A stretch of 64,000 nt of DNA from Candidatus Methylomirabilia bacterium (GCA_041492755.1 JBGPXN010000001.1:40710-104709), one strand, 5' to 3'. Numbered from the stretch's first letter, positions 41,169 through 50,703 are shown. Numbers and translations: made by a program. Notes: generated from the letters alone by a model not told the origin.

Positions 41169-41498
41169 CTACGCCGAGAAGGACGTGCCACAGCCGCAGG
41201 AGCTTTTCGCCTGCGGATTGACGAAGGTGAACCCTCCGGTCAGCCCCTGCTGCACGTAGTCGAGGGTGGTGCCGGCGAGGTAGAGGTAGCTCTTCTTGTC
41301 GATGACCACCTTCACCCCGTCGATCTCGAACTCCTTGTCGTGCGGCCCCATCTCGGTGTCGAACTCCAGCGAGTACGACATCCCCGAGCAGCCGCCGCCC
41401 TTGACCCCCATGCGAAGGAACACGTTGTCGCCCAGGTTCTGGGCGCTCTTGAGCTCCTTCACCTGCTTGCTCGCCGCTTCGGACAGTGTCAACGCCAT
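41169..41498 (-). CDS. iscA: A-type Fe-S carrier IscA
   Basis: GGGCSGMSY...SSCGCGTSF. Confidence 0.95.
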   Translation of the reverse strand: MALTLSEAASKQVKELKSAQNLGDNVFLRMGVKGGGCSGMSYSLEFDTEMGPHDKEFEIDGVKVVIDKKSYLYLAGTTLDYVQQGLTGGFTFVNPQAKSSCGCGTSFSA

Positions 41499-41525
41499 GG
41501 ACCCGGTCTCCTCCTTTGCGCTCGC

Positions 41526-41927
41526 TTACTTCGTGCCGGCCGCCACGCCGCTCCGGTCCTTGTAGTCGGCGAGGGCCGCCTTGATGGCATCCTCGGCCAG
41601 CACCGAGCAGTGGATCTTCACCGGCGGCAGCTTCAGCTCGTTCACGATGTCCGTGTTCTTGATCTTGGCCGCGTCGTCGACGGTCTTGCCCTTGAGCCAC
41701 TCGGTGGCGAGGCTGGACGACGCGATGGCGCTCCCGCAGCCGAACGTCTTGAATTTGGCGTCCTCGATGACGCCGGTCTCGACGTTGACCTTGATCTGGA
41801 GCTTCATGACGTCGCCGCACTCCGGCGCGCCCACCAGCCCCGTGCCCACACCGGGGGCGTCCTTCGGGAACGACCCCACGTTGCGCGGGTTGTTGTAGTG
41901 ATCGACGACCTTATCGCTGTACGCCAT
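41526..41927 (-). CDS. iscU: Fe-S scaffold IscU
   Basis: APECGDVM, FGCGSAIASSS, LPPVKIHCSVLAEDAI all intact. Confidence 0.97.
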   Translation of the reverse strand: MAYSDKVVDHYNNPRNVGSFPKDAPGVGTGLVGAPECGDVMKLQIKVNVETGVIEDAKFKTFGCGSAIASSSLATEWLKGKTVDDAAKIKNTDIVNELKLPPVKIHCSVLAEDAIKAALADYKDRSGVAAGTK

Positions 41928-41938
41928 CGAAGCCCCCC

Positions 41939-43165
41939 TTACTCACCCTTCCACTGGATGGACTTGATATCCACGCCTTCTTTGGCCAGCTCGTAGAGCG
42001 GCGACATGTCGCGCAGCCGCTCGATCACCTCGACGGTGCGCTTGCCGACGAACTCGACCTCTTCCTCCGTGTTGAAGCGGTGCAGGCTGAACCGGATCGA
42101 CGAGTGCGCCAGCTCCGTGCTCGCCCCCAGCGCCGCGATCACGTACGAGGGCTCGAGCGTGGACGACGTGCAGGCCGAGCCGGAGCTCAGCGCCGCCTCC
42201 TTGTTGAGCCCCATCAGGACCGACTCGCCCTCCACGTAGGCGAACGAGATGTTCAGGTTCTGCGGCAGCCGGCGCTCCGGATGTCCATTGAGGAACGCCT
42301 CCTCGACCTGCGACAGAATCAAACCTTGAAGACGATCGCGCAGCTTGCTGAGCCGCGCCGCCTCTTCGACCATCGTCTCCTGGCAGATCTCAGCCGCCCG
42401 ACCAAAGCCCACCACCAGCGGCACCGGCAGCGTGCCCGACCGCATCCCGCGCTCGTGGCCCCCGCCGTCGATCATCGGCGCCAGCCGCACCCGCGGCCCC
42501 TTGCGTCGCACGTAGAGCGCGCCGACGCCCTTGGGCCCATACATGAGATGCGCGGTACAGGTCAGGAGATCGATGCCCATGGCCTCCACGTCGATCGGGA
42601 TCTTGCCCGCGGCCTGGGTGGCGTCGGCGTGGAAAATGACGCCCTTCTCCTTCGCGAGCTTCCCGATGGCGGCGACGTCCTGGATCGTCCCGATCTCGTT
42701 GTTGGCGAACATGATGGAAACCAGGATGGTCTTCGGCGTCAGCGCCTTGGCGATCTCGTCGACGTCCACCAGCCCGTCGGGGCGAACCGGAACGTAGGTC
42801 ACCTCGACGCCCTGGCGCTCGAGTCGCTTGCAGGTATCCAGCGTCGCGCGCTGCTCGATCGCGGTGGTGACGATGTGGTTGCCCTTCTCGCGGTACATCT
42901 CGGCCACGCCCTTGAGCGCCAGATTGATCGACTCCGTCCCGCCCGAGGTGAAGATGACCTCTTTGGGATCGCGAGCACCGATCAGCTTGGCGATCTTCGC
43001 GCGCGCGGCATCCACCGCGCCCTCCGCCTCCCACCCGAACGGGTGGTTGCGGCTGGCCGGGTGGCCAAACTTCTCGGTGAAGTAGGGCAGCATCGCCTCC
43101 AGCACCCGCGGGTCGACCGGCGTCGTCGACTGGGCGTCCATGAAGATCGGAAACTTCACGGCCAT
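41939..43165 (-). CDS. iscS: IscS-family protein with substituted PLP Lys and His (probable pseudo-desulfurase)
   Basis: IscS-like throughout (TTPVDPRV, FTSGGTES, ERGMRSGTL, SSGSACTS, LRDMSPLYE) but TAHLMYGPKG and IEQRATLD. Confidence 0.9.
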   Translation of the reverse strand: MAVKFPIFMDAQSTTPVDPRVLEAMLPYFTEKFGHPASRNHPFGWEAEGAVDAARAKIAKLIGARDPKEVIFTSGGTESINLALKGVAEMYREKGNHIVTTAIEQRATLDTCKRLERQGVEVTYVPVRPDGLVDVDEIAKALTPKTILVSIMFANNEIGTIQDVAAIGKLAKEKGVIFHADATQAAGKIPIDVEAMGIDLLTCTAHLMYGPKGVGALYVRRKGPRVRLAPMIDGGGHERGMRSGTLPVPLVVGFGRAAEICQETMVEEAARLSKLRDRLQGLILSQVEEAFLNGHPERRLPQNLNISFAYVEGESVLMGLNKEAALSSGSACTSSTLEPSYVIAALGASTELAHSSIRFSLHRFNTEEEVEFVGKRTVEVIERLRDMSPLYELAKEGVDIKSIQWKGE

Positions 43166-43178
43166 CGGGTCCGTCTCC

Positions 43179-43613
43179 TTACCGTCGAATCGCCATCAGG
43201 TCGGGCACGTCGTCGCCGACCAGCTCGGCCAAGCTCATGCTGTCCAGCATCTGCGTGATCGCCACTTGTAGTTTCTGCACGGGGCGCCGCAGGTTGCACC
43301 GCGCCATCTGCGGACACTCGCTCTCACTCTCCATGCACTCGACGATGTTGATCGGCCCCTCGAGTGCCCGCACCACCTGCCCCACCGTGATGTCTGCCGG
43401 ATGCCGGGCGAGCGTGTATCCCCCTTTCGGCCCGTTCTGACTCACGATGAGTCGCTGCTTGGCCAACCGCTGGAGGATCTTGGCGAGGAGCTCCGAAGGA
43501 ATCCCGAAGGTCTCGGCGATCCGCTTCACGCTGACAGACCCGTCCTCTTCGTGGACGGCGATGAAATGAATCGCCATCAGCCCGTAATCCGCCCGTTTCG
43601 TGAACCTCAGCAC
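43179..43613 (-). CDS. iscR: Rrf2-family (IscR-like) transcriptional regulator
   Basis: GPKGGYTLARHP..ITVGQVVRALEG; ECMESESECPQMARC three Cys; first gene of isc operon. Confidence 0.8.
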   Translation of the reverse strand: MLRFTKRADYGLMAIHFIAVHEEDGSVSVKRIAETFGIPSELLAKILQRLAKQRLIVSQNGPKGGYTLARHPADITVGQVVRALEGPINIVECMESESECPQMARCNLRRPVQKLQVAITQMLDSMSLAELVGDDVPDLMAIRR

Positions 43614-43649
43614 CCCGTCCCGTCCTCCGCCCGATCCATCACCGATCAG

Positions 43650-43716
43650 TATATCCGACCGTCTTGATCGGCGACTAATTCAGTCGGAGTCTGCCACCAG
43701 GAACACCGCATGTCAA
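43650..43716 (-). promoter_or_regulatory. isc promoter with IscR type-1-like operator
   Basis: Minus strand TTGACA (43711-43716)-17 nt-CAGACT, immediately followed by GACTGAATTAGTC (43673-43685). Confidence 0.7.
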
Positions 43717-43879
43717 GATCGCGAATTGCCAAGCCAATGTAGGCGAAGAGGGACCAAGGGCGGACGAACCGAATCGAGACGTCGCCCGAGCAGGACCATC
43801 GGAAGGGCGGCAGCCACTCCGGGGAAACCGGGGCCCCGGAGTCAGAGGGTGTGAGGGAATTCGAGGGTGTGAGAAGAAT

Positions 43880-43935
43880 TCGAGGAGCGCCACGGCTCCG
43901 CCGGGGCGCTCCGAGCGCAGGGGGGGTAGGGGGTA
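43880..43935. repeat. REP-like repeat, copy 5 (partial)
   Basis: tcgaggagcgccacggctccgccggggcgctccgagcgcaggggggg. Confidence 0.8.
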
Positions 43936-43936
43936 C

Positions 43937-44920
43937 TCACTCGAGCCAGGCGTTACGAAGCTCGGCGGCCGTCTCCTCGGGGGCCTTTTCGTTCACGTAG
44001 ATGCCGCCCACACGGTTGAATCGGTCGGAATGAGACACGATCTCGATGTGCCAGTGGTAGTCGTCCCGAATGGTCGCCCAGTCGCCCTGAAGAATCCGTG
44101 ACCGGAGGTTCGGCGCGGTGTGCAGCACCATCTCGTAGGGCGGGTCGTCGAGGCGCTCCAGCGTCCGGAAGGACTGCGACAGCAGCCGCGCCAGATCGGG
44201 CGCCGTCTCCGACGTCAACGCTTCCTCGAACGAGCATCCGTGCCGGCGCGGAAGCACCCAGACCTCGAGCGGGCCGCGCGCCGCGTACGGTACGACCGCC
44301 GCGAACGATTGGGTCAGGCGCACGATGCGGTCCTCGGCCGCAATCTCCTGGCGCAGCATGTCGCAGTAGAGGCAGCGCCGCTTGTACTGATAGTATTCGC
44401 GGGCTTCCCGCAGTTCCCGCCGTGTGTCATCGAACACGATCGGAATCGCCGTGACCCGCGAGTACGGATGGTGTGCGGCAACCCCGGGCTTCTTGTGGTG
44501 CCGGGAGATCAGGATGTCGCGGATCTGGTTGTCGCGCTTGAGGTCCAACAGCCGGTCCCGGTACATCCAGAACACGGACTCGAGTTGATCGCAATGCATC
44601 GAGGCCATGGTGTCTTCGTGGCGGGTAGACTCGACGATCAGCTCGCTGGCGCCCCGCGGCGTGATCGTGTCGAACATGCCCACCCCCTCGCGGACGACTT
44701 CCCACTCGATGCGGAAGTAGGGATCGGCCTCGGCAACCACGCGTACGGTCCAGCCGGGCGCGTTGGGCGACGAGCCTTCCTTCCGATACGCAGCGATCTC
44801 GGGCCCGGTCGCGTTCTCCGCGCCGGGGCAGAAGGGACACTCGACTTCAGCGCTGGAGGCGGCCTTCGGCCGAACAAGGACCCAGCGCCCCCGGGTAGGG
44901 TCTTTCCTCAACTCGTTCAC
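43937..44920 (-). CDS. GalT-like (HIT superfamily) protein with altered active site
   Basis: NELRKDPTRGRWVL, CPFCPG, ELIVES, CLYCD, YHWHIEI; HPYSR replaces HPHSQ. Confidence 0.82.
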   Translation of the reverse strand: MNELRKDPTRGRWVLVRPKAASSAEVECPFCPGAENATGPEIAAYRKEGSSPNAPGWTVRVVAEADPYFRIEWEVVREGVGMFDTITPRGASELIVESTRHEDTMASMHCDQLESVFWMYRDRLLDLKRDNQIRDILISRHHKKPGVAAHHPYSRVTAIPIVFDDTRRELREAREYYQYKRRCLYCDMLRQEIAAEDRIVRLTQSFAAVVPYAARGPLEVWVLPRRHGCSFEEALTSETAPDLARLLSQSFRTLERLDDPPYEMVLHTAPNLRSRILQGDWATIRDDYHWHIEIVSHSDRFNRVGGIYVNEKAPEETAAELRNAWLE

Positions 44921-44957
44921 ACGGTTCTCCCAGTGGGGCGGACGAAGTGCGGGAGAT

Positions 44958-46304
44958 CTACTCCTTGATCTGGCCCTTGAGCTTGCGGAGATGCTGGCGG
45001 GCAACGTCCACCCAGTCCTTCTCGGACGGCAGTCCCGAGGCTAGCGCGATGTACTTTTCCCACTGCGCGATGGCCTCCCGCGGATCCACCTTTTCGTACA
45101 CGACGGCCAGGTTGTACATGGCGCCGGTGTGCTTCCCGTCGAGATCGATGACTTTGCGATACTCCTCGATTGCCTCTTTGTAGAGGCCCTTGTCCTCGTA
45201 GACATCGCCCAGGCCCATCCGGGCCTCGACCGAACGAGGGTCGAAGTCGATCGCCTTCCGGTAGGCGTTGACCGACTCGTAGTAGAGGCCCTTCTCGGCG
45301 TAGTAGATCTTCCCGAGACTCAGGTACACGCGCGAATTCACCGGGTCGAAGGTGAGCGCCTTCTGGTAGCCCGTGATGGCACCGTCCACGTCGCCCTTCG
45401 CGGCTCGGGCGTCTCCAAGCCCTACGTGCGCGTCGGCGTAGAACGGCCGCAGATCGATCGCCTTGGCGTAGGCCTCCACCGCCTGGTCGAAGAGGCGGCG
45501 GGGCGCGGACAGGAACAGGTCACCGAGCGCCTTGTAGGGCTCCGGGTATGCGGGGTCGAGCTGCGTGGAGGCACGGAACTGGGCGGCGGCCTTCCAGCGA
45601 TTGCCAAGACTGAGGTGCACCGTGCCGAGCATGTACTGGGCGACAGCGAAGCTCGGATCCGTCTCGATCGCCCGGGACAACAGATCGGCCGCAGACTCGT
45701 TGCTTTCCTGCCCGCCGCGCCGGAGGGTCGCCTGGCTCCGCGCGTAGAGCTCGAGCGCCTTCAACGAGCGCGTCGGCCGGGCGGCCTTGTCCATGCGGTT
45801 CGCTTCCGCATCCGTCGGTGTCACCTTGAGCGTGCGCGCGTACGCGAGCGGCAGTGCCGCCATGCGGTTCAACAGCTCGCCATCGGGAACCGACACGGGC
45901 TCGAGGTTGACGACGTCCGTTCCATTGGCTTTCACATCGAGCAGCCGCGGCCGGAGCACCAGCTCCCCACCTGCGCGGACGACCTGGCCGAAGGCCGCGT
46001 TGTCGACCTTCAAGGCGCGCGCGGCCTGGGTCACCGGGGCCTCGCCCCATGCCGAATGCTCGCCGAGCGCCCGCGAACGGGCGGGGTCGAGCTCGATGAA
46101 GGCGGGATGCTGGGCCAACCCGAGACGGACGATCTGCGCCACGCCCTCGCCGATCCACTGCTCGTCGGGCGGCAGCGTGGACGCGTCGAACGGCAGCACC
46201 AACACGATCCGGGGCTTGACCGCGGCCGCGGCTGACCCCGCCGCAATCAGGACGAACACGGCGGCCAACAGTCGCGCGACGTTCCGCCCCGTCTTACCGT
46301 TCAT
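44958..46304 (-). CDS. Secreted TPR protein with N-terminal TolB_N-like domain
   Basis: Signal peptide, LVLPF...WIGEGVA, multiple TPRs (AYAKAIDLRPFYADAHVGLG etc.). Confidence 0.8.
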   Translation of the reverse strand: MNGKTGRNVARLLAAVFVLIAAGSAAAAVKPRIVLVLPFDASTLPPDEQWIGEGVAQIVRLGLAQHPAFIELDPARSRALGEHSAWGEAPVTQAARALKVDNAAFGQVVRAGGELVLRPRLLDVKANGTDVVNLEPVSVPDGELLNRMAALPLAYARTLKVTPTDAEANRMDKAARPTRSLKALELYARSQATLRRGGQESNESAADLLSRAIETDPSFAVAQYMLGTVHLSLGNRWKAAAQFRASTQLDPAYPEPYKALGDLFLSAPRRLFDQAVEAYAKAIDLRPFYADAHVGLGDARAAKGDVDGAITGYQKALTFDPVNSRVYLSLGKIYYAEKGLYYESVNAYRKAIDFDPRSVEARMGLGDVYEDKGLYKEAIEEYRKVIDLDGKHTGAMYNLAVVYEKVDPREAIAQWEKYIALASGLPSEKDWVDVARQHLRKLKGQIKE

Positions 46305-49300
46305 CGAGCGGTCCTCCCTGCCCTTCGCCCCGTTTGCGGCTCGCAACGCGCCACCGCCACAGCCGACCACCCAAGCGGCGGAACGCCGCGGGAGCAACCC
46401 GTCGCAGCGCGATCTCCGGGATCATGAGCAACGCCACCAACCCCACCATCCAGGGCCAAACCTCGACAGCAATCCGCGATTGCCTTCGTGCTTCCTGGAA
46501 CGCCTGCCGCGGTTCCTTGAGGGCGCCACCGCCGGTCAGCTCGGCCAGCTCGCGCAGCGCCGTCTCGTCGACGCCGAGGTTGCGCAACTCCTGTGCATAC
46601 GGTACCACCAGCCCGGCAAGCTGCGAACCAATGACACGCTCCTGCTTCCGCTGTGCCATCCCGACCAGGTACACGCCTTCCTGGGGCGCCGGGAACCGGC
46701 CGCGATACCGGCCGGGAGCGACCTGCTCGAGATCGAGCACGGTGCGCTCGCGGTTGGGCGCGACCACACCGACCTGCGTGTCCAGGAAGTTGATGAACTC
46801 GCCCTTGGCGTCCACGGCGTCGACCACGATCTCGCCGAAGTTGTCGCGGCGCTCGACGGTGGCGACCGTCTCCGATCGCGAGCCGCTGCGCAGCGTCCAT
46901 CGCGTGACCTGCGCCCAAAACTTGTTGAAGTCGCGCCAACGGAGCCACAGGACGCCCCACTTCGCCTTGGCGTCGGAGGTGAACGCCACCGAACGCCCGA
47001 GACCGTACCGCCAGGCGGCGAGGATCGGATCCTCCTGGTGGCTCATGAGGACCATCTCGGCGTTCTGCTTCAGCGTCGTCGCCACGTAGCCGCCCAGCGG
47101 CGGCACCGCTTTCCAGTCGATGTCCTGGATCGACTCGTGCGACGGTCCGGTCAGCTGCGGCTTGAACGGCTGCTCGACCAGCGAGGCTTTGGAGGCGAGT
47201 TGCGTTTCCAGCGTGAAGATGCGCGGGATCGTCTGCGAGTCCTCGGTGTAGTAGAAGCGCCCGCGGCCCCACTTGGCGATGTCCACCATGAGCTGGACGT
47301 CGGAGTCCTTGCCGATGGCGACGGACGACACGGTGATCTTGTCCTTCACCATGCGCCGCAGCAGCCCCTGGAAATCGCCCCGCGTCATCTGGCCGTCGGA
47401 CAGGAAGATCACGTGCTTGAGCAGCGCGGGGCGCTCGAAGAGCACGGCGTACGCGTCCTTCAGCGCCGGGTACCCATCGGTGCCGCCGCCCGCCTTGATG
47501 GTCGCGATCGCGTGGTGGATCGCCGACTTGTCCCGGGCCGGCCGCACCGGCACGTCCCAGATGAACTCCGTGTCCCAGCTCTGCACGCCGACTTCGTTGC
47601 GGTCGTCGAGGAGGTCGACCACGAGGTGGCTGGCCTCCTTGGCGAGGTCCAGCTTGGTGACCTTCTCGTCCGTCGACATCGCCATCGAACCGGAACGGTC
47701 GATCGAGAGCACGACGGCGAGGCTCGGGATCTCGACCTTCTGCCGGACCTCCATCGTGACCGGCAGCGCTTCTTCGACCGGCGTGCGGTAGTAGCCGCCG
47801 ACGCCGAAGCTTTCTTCGCCGCCGATCATGATGAGGCCACCGCCATGATCGCGGACGTAGTCACGGATGTTCGTCATTTGCGGGCGCGAGATCTTCAACG
47901 ACGACACGTTGGACAGCACGATGCCGTCGTACTTCTCCAGCCCGGCCATGTCCTTGGGAATGCCGGCCGCCTCGACGACGGTGACCTCGATGTTCTGGGC
48001 GCGCAGCGCGGCCACCAGCGATTGCGCGTGGCTCTTGTCCTTCTCCGCCAGCAGCACCTGAGGTCGGCCGCGCACCACCACCGTCCCGACCGCGCGGTTG
48101 TTCTCTTCGATGGTGTCGCCGTCGACCTCGATGGCGGCCTGGTAAACGTGGATGCCGCTGGCGTCCAGCGACTGGCGGTAGCTGAACACGTTCTTGCCGG
48201 CGTTGAGCCGGATGACCTGCGAGCCGAGGAACTCGCCGTTGCGGAACAGCGAGAGGCGGCCGTTGGTGTCCTTCAGGCTCCACGCCACCACCTTGGCCTG
48301 GAACGGCTCCCCGTACTTCACCTCGCGTGGCAGCACCATGGACTCCGCCACGACTTCCTGGGTGAAGGTCAGCGGGGCGGCGACGTAGTAGATGTCGGCC
48401 CCCCCGTCCTTGGCCGCCTGCGCGCCCGTCACGCTGTTGCCGCGCGTTTCCTGGCCGTCGGTGAGCATGACGATGCGATTGGCGTGTCCCGGAGGCAGCG
48501 TGGCGAGCGCGAGCTGCAGCGCCTGGAAGATGTTGGTGCCGCGCGCGTTCACTTCGGCCTTCGGGCGATCGACCGTCGGCCGGTTGGCCAACGGCTGATC
48601 GACGACGGGTTCCTCGCCGAAGACGATCACGCTCTGGCGGTCGTTGGCTCGCATGTGCTTGACGGCTTCGGACACGAAGCGCCACGAGCGCTCACGGGCG
48701 GCCAGACTCACGCTGTCCGAGTGGTCGAGCAGGAAGACGACGTTGAGCCGGTCGACCCATCGCGGCACCGTCGGCCGGAGCAGCGTCAGCGCGAGCAAGA
48801 TCACCAAGGCGCCGCGGGTGGCGAGCGCCCACCGATCGGCCTGGCCGCCGGGCAACGCCCAGCGTCCCGCGCTCTGTCGCCGCCAGTAGAGGACGCCCTC
48901 CAGCAGCAGGAGCAGCACGGCGATCAGCACGAACAGCTGCCAGAGCTCGCGCTGCACCGGGACGGGCATCGCGGTGGCCGCCGCGGCGCCGGTGGCCACC
49001 GGCAACGGGCGAGGCACGACGTTGGACTCGTCCGCGTCCATCAGGTTGACGGCGACCTTCATCTGGCCGCGCGAGGTCGTCAGCGTGTAGACACCGACCT
49101 CGTCGGTCTCGGTGAAGCTCGCCATGCCTCGCGTGATCTGCCCCTTCACCGTGCGGCCGCCGGGGGTGGTCACCGTGACCGAGTTCACCCCGTGCTCCAC
49201 CGGGAGCAGGATCGGCTGCCCCGTCGCGAGCTGGAAGCTGGCCTGGTCCAGACCGGCCGGGTGCAGCCAGCGCAGCCCGTTCGAGAGGATCAACGGGAAC

Positions 49301-50703
49301 GCCACCCGCAATGGCAGGTCGCTCTTGAACAGGTCGAAGCCCACGAACAGCGCCTTGCGATCCGGCTCCTCCAGCGCGTAGATGATCGGCCCGCCGACCG
49401 CCTCCACCAGCGGCCGCCCGGCGGCGAGCGGACGGATCCGTAGCGCGTCTTCGATGGCGACCTTGGCGAACTCGACGTGACGCATAACGGGATGACTGCG
49501 GTCCCAATCCATGATGGTCGGGCGCTCGATGCGGCCCAGCGTCTCCAGCGGCACGTCGGGCGGCACGGCGTTGACGAAGATGAAGCGACCGGCGCCGACC
49601 TTGGCCGGCGTGACGGAGTCGAGCACGACCACGTCGGCCTCGCCCATGCCGCCCTGGTACTGATCGGGCGTGCGGACCTCGACGGTTACTTGTGGGTCGG
49701 TTCTCAGAACCTTTTCCAGGAACAGGTTGCCGGGGCTGACCAGCAACACCGAGATCTTGCGTGGGGGCGGCAGGACGGCGTAGGCCACATTGTCGGTGGC
49801 GAGGTCGTCGCGCACTTGCAGCCGCGCCGTCACCACGCCGCCGCCGGTGTGGCTGAAGGGCAGGACCACCGAGCGCCGCACGTTCGGCTCGAGGGTCACC
49901 GACTTCTCGGCGAAGGGACGGTCGTCGACGTCGAGCGTGAACGTGAACGTCTGCGCGTCCGGCGTGTAGTTCACCAGTGACACGAAGGCCTGGTACTCGA
50001 GCGCGCCGTAGTAGTTCTTGCGGATGGCCAGGTTGGTGATGCCGACGTTGCGACCGCCCTGGCCGATGCCGATCCAGCGCACGCGTGGATCCTTCGTTTC
50101 CTCGGAGTCGGCCAGCGCGTAGGCCCCATCGGTGAAGACGTGGATCTCGGCGCGCCGGTCGTTGCCCACGAGCGCGCGCGCCGTGCGGATGGCCTCCGGG
50201 AGCCGATGCGGCAGGTCGTGGGCCTGCGCACTGCGGATGGCGGCCACCGCGCGGTCGCGATCGCGCGAGAGCGCCGCCACCACCTTCGGCTGCACGCCCG
50301 ATTCGATCACCATGATCTCGGCGCCTTCACCGAGCCGGCCGACCAGCCCGAGCGCCTCGCTCCGGGCTACCGCGAAGCGCGTGGCTCCGACGTCGCGGGT
50401 CTTCATGGATGCGGACGTGTCGAGGACGATCACGACCTTGCGCGCGCCCTGGCCCATGATCGTCACCGCCGGCCGCGCGAGCGCCAGCGCCAGCGCGAGC
50501 AGGGCGAGGATCTGGAGGATCATCAGCGGGTCGCGCTGCAAGCGCTGGAAGAACGCGGAGGCCTCGCGGTCGCGGAGCGACGTCTCCCACAGCAGCAGGC
50601 TGGACACCGTGCGCTCGCGCCGGCGAACCTTGAGGAAGTAGAGGAGGACGAGCGGCAGCGACAGCCCGAAGAGGGCCAGCGCAAGTGGGGACAGGAAACT
50701 CAT
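46294..50703 (-). CDS. Giant BatA/VWA membrane protein with three VWA domains
   Basis: BatA-like N-terminus (LPLVLLYFLK..SSLLLW); MIDAS motifs DTSAS, DHSDS, DRSGS; GGGLIMIGGEESFGVGGY segment; TM helices. Confidence 0.85.
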   Translation of the reverse strand: MSFLSPLALALFGLSLPLVLLYFLKVRRRERTVSSLLLWETSLRDREASAFFQRLQRDPLMILQILALLALALALARPAVTIMGQGARKVVIVLDTSASMKTRDVGATRFAVARSEALGLVGRLGEGAEIMVIESGVQPKVVAALSRDRDRAVAAIRSAQAHDLPHRLPEAIRTARALVGNDRRAEIHVFTDGAYALADSEETKDPRVRWIGIGQGGRNVGITNLAIRKNYYGALEYQAFVSLVNYTPDAQTFTFTLDVDDRPFAEKSVTLEPNVRRSVVLPFSHTGGGVVTARLQVRDDLATDNVAYAVLPPPRKISVLLVSPGNLFLEKVLRTDPQVTVEVRTPDQYQGGMGEADVVVLDSVTPAKVGAGRFIFVNAVPPDVPLETLGRIERPTIMDWDRSHPVMRHVEFAKVAIEDALRIRPLAAGRPLVEAVGGPIIYALEEPDRKALFVGFDLFKSDLPLRVAFPLILSNGLRWLHPAGLDQASFQLATGQPILLPVEHGVNSVTVTTPGGRTVKGQITRGMASFTETDEVGVYTLTTSRGQMKVAVNLMDADESNVVPRPLPVATGAAAATAMPVPVQRELWQLFVLIAVLLLLLEGVLYWRRQSAGRWALPGGQADRWALATRGALVILLALTLLRPTVPRWVDRLNVVFLLDHSDSVSLAARERSWRFVSEAVKHMRANDRQSVIVFGEEPVVDQPLANRPTVDRPKAEVNARGTNIFQALQLALATLPPGHANRIVMLTDGQETRGNSVTGAQAAKDGGADIYYVAAPLTFTQEVVAESMVLPREVKYGEPFQAKVVAWSLKDTNGRLSLFRNGEFLGSQVIRLNAGKNVFSYRQSLDASGIHVYQAAIEVDGDTIEENNRAVGTVVVRGRPQVLLAEKDKSHAQSLVAALRAQNIEVTVVEAAGIPKDMAGLEKYDGIVLSNVSSLKISRPQMTNIRDYVRDHGGGLIMIGGEESFGVGGYYRTPVEEALPVTMEVRQKVEIPSLAVVLSIDRSGSMAMSTDEKVTKLDLAKEASHLVVDLLDDRNEVGVQSWDTEFIWDVPVRPARDKSAIHHAIATIKAGGGTDGYPALKDAYAVLFERPALLKHVIFLSDGQMTRGDFQGLLRRMVKDKITVSSVAIGKDSDVQLMVDIAKWGRGRFYYTEDSQTIPRIFTLETQLASKASLVEQPFKPQLTGPSHESIQDIDWKAVPPLGGYVATTLKQNAEMVLMSHQEDPILAAWRYGLGRSVAFTSDAKAKWGVLWLRWRDFNKFWAQVTRWTLRSGSRSETVATVERRDNFGEIVVDAVDAKGEFINFLDTQVGVVAPNRERTVLDLEQVAPGRYRGRFPAPQEGVYLVGMAQRKQERVIGSQLAGLVVPYAQELRNLGVDETALRELAELTGGGALKEPRQAFQEARRQSRIAVEVWPWMVGLVALLMIPEIALRRVAPAAFRRLGGRLWRWRVASRKRGEGQGGPLDER

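Noticed and set aside
43843..43885. Short direct repeat gagggtgtgag..gaattcgagg (two copies)
   Set aside because: Only two short imperfect units beside a REP-like copy; no function can be supported.
45787..49443. 1218-aa plus-strand ORF and other long antisense ORFs (9..1148, 15069..17069, 22843..24690, 24915..26849, 27856..29550)
   Set aside because: Shadow frames opposite well-supported genes in high-GC DNA; no motifs of their own.
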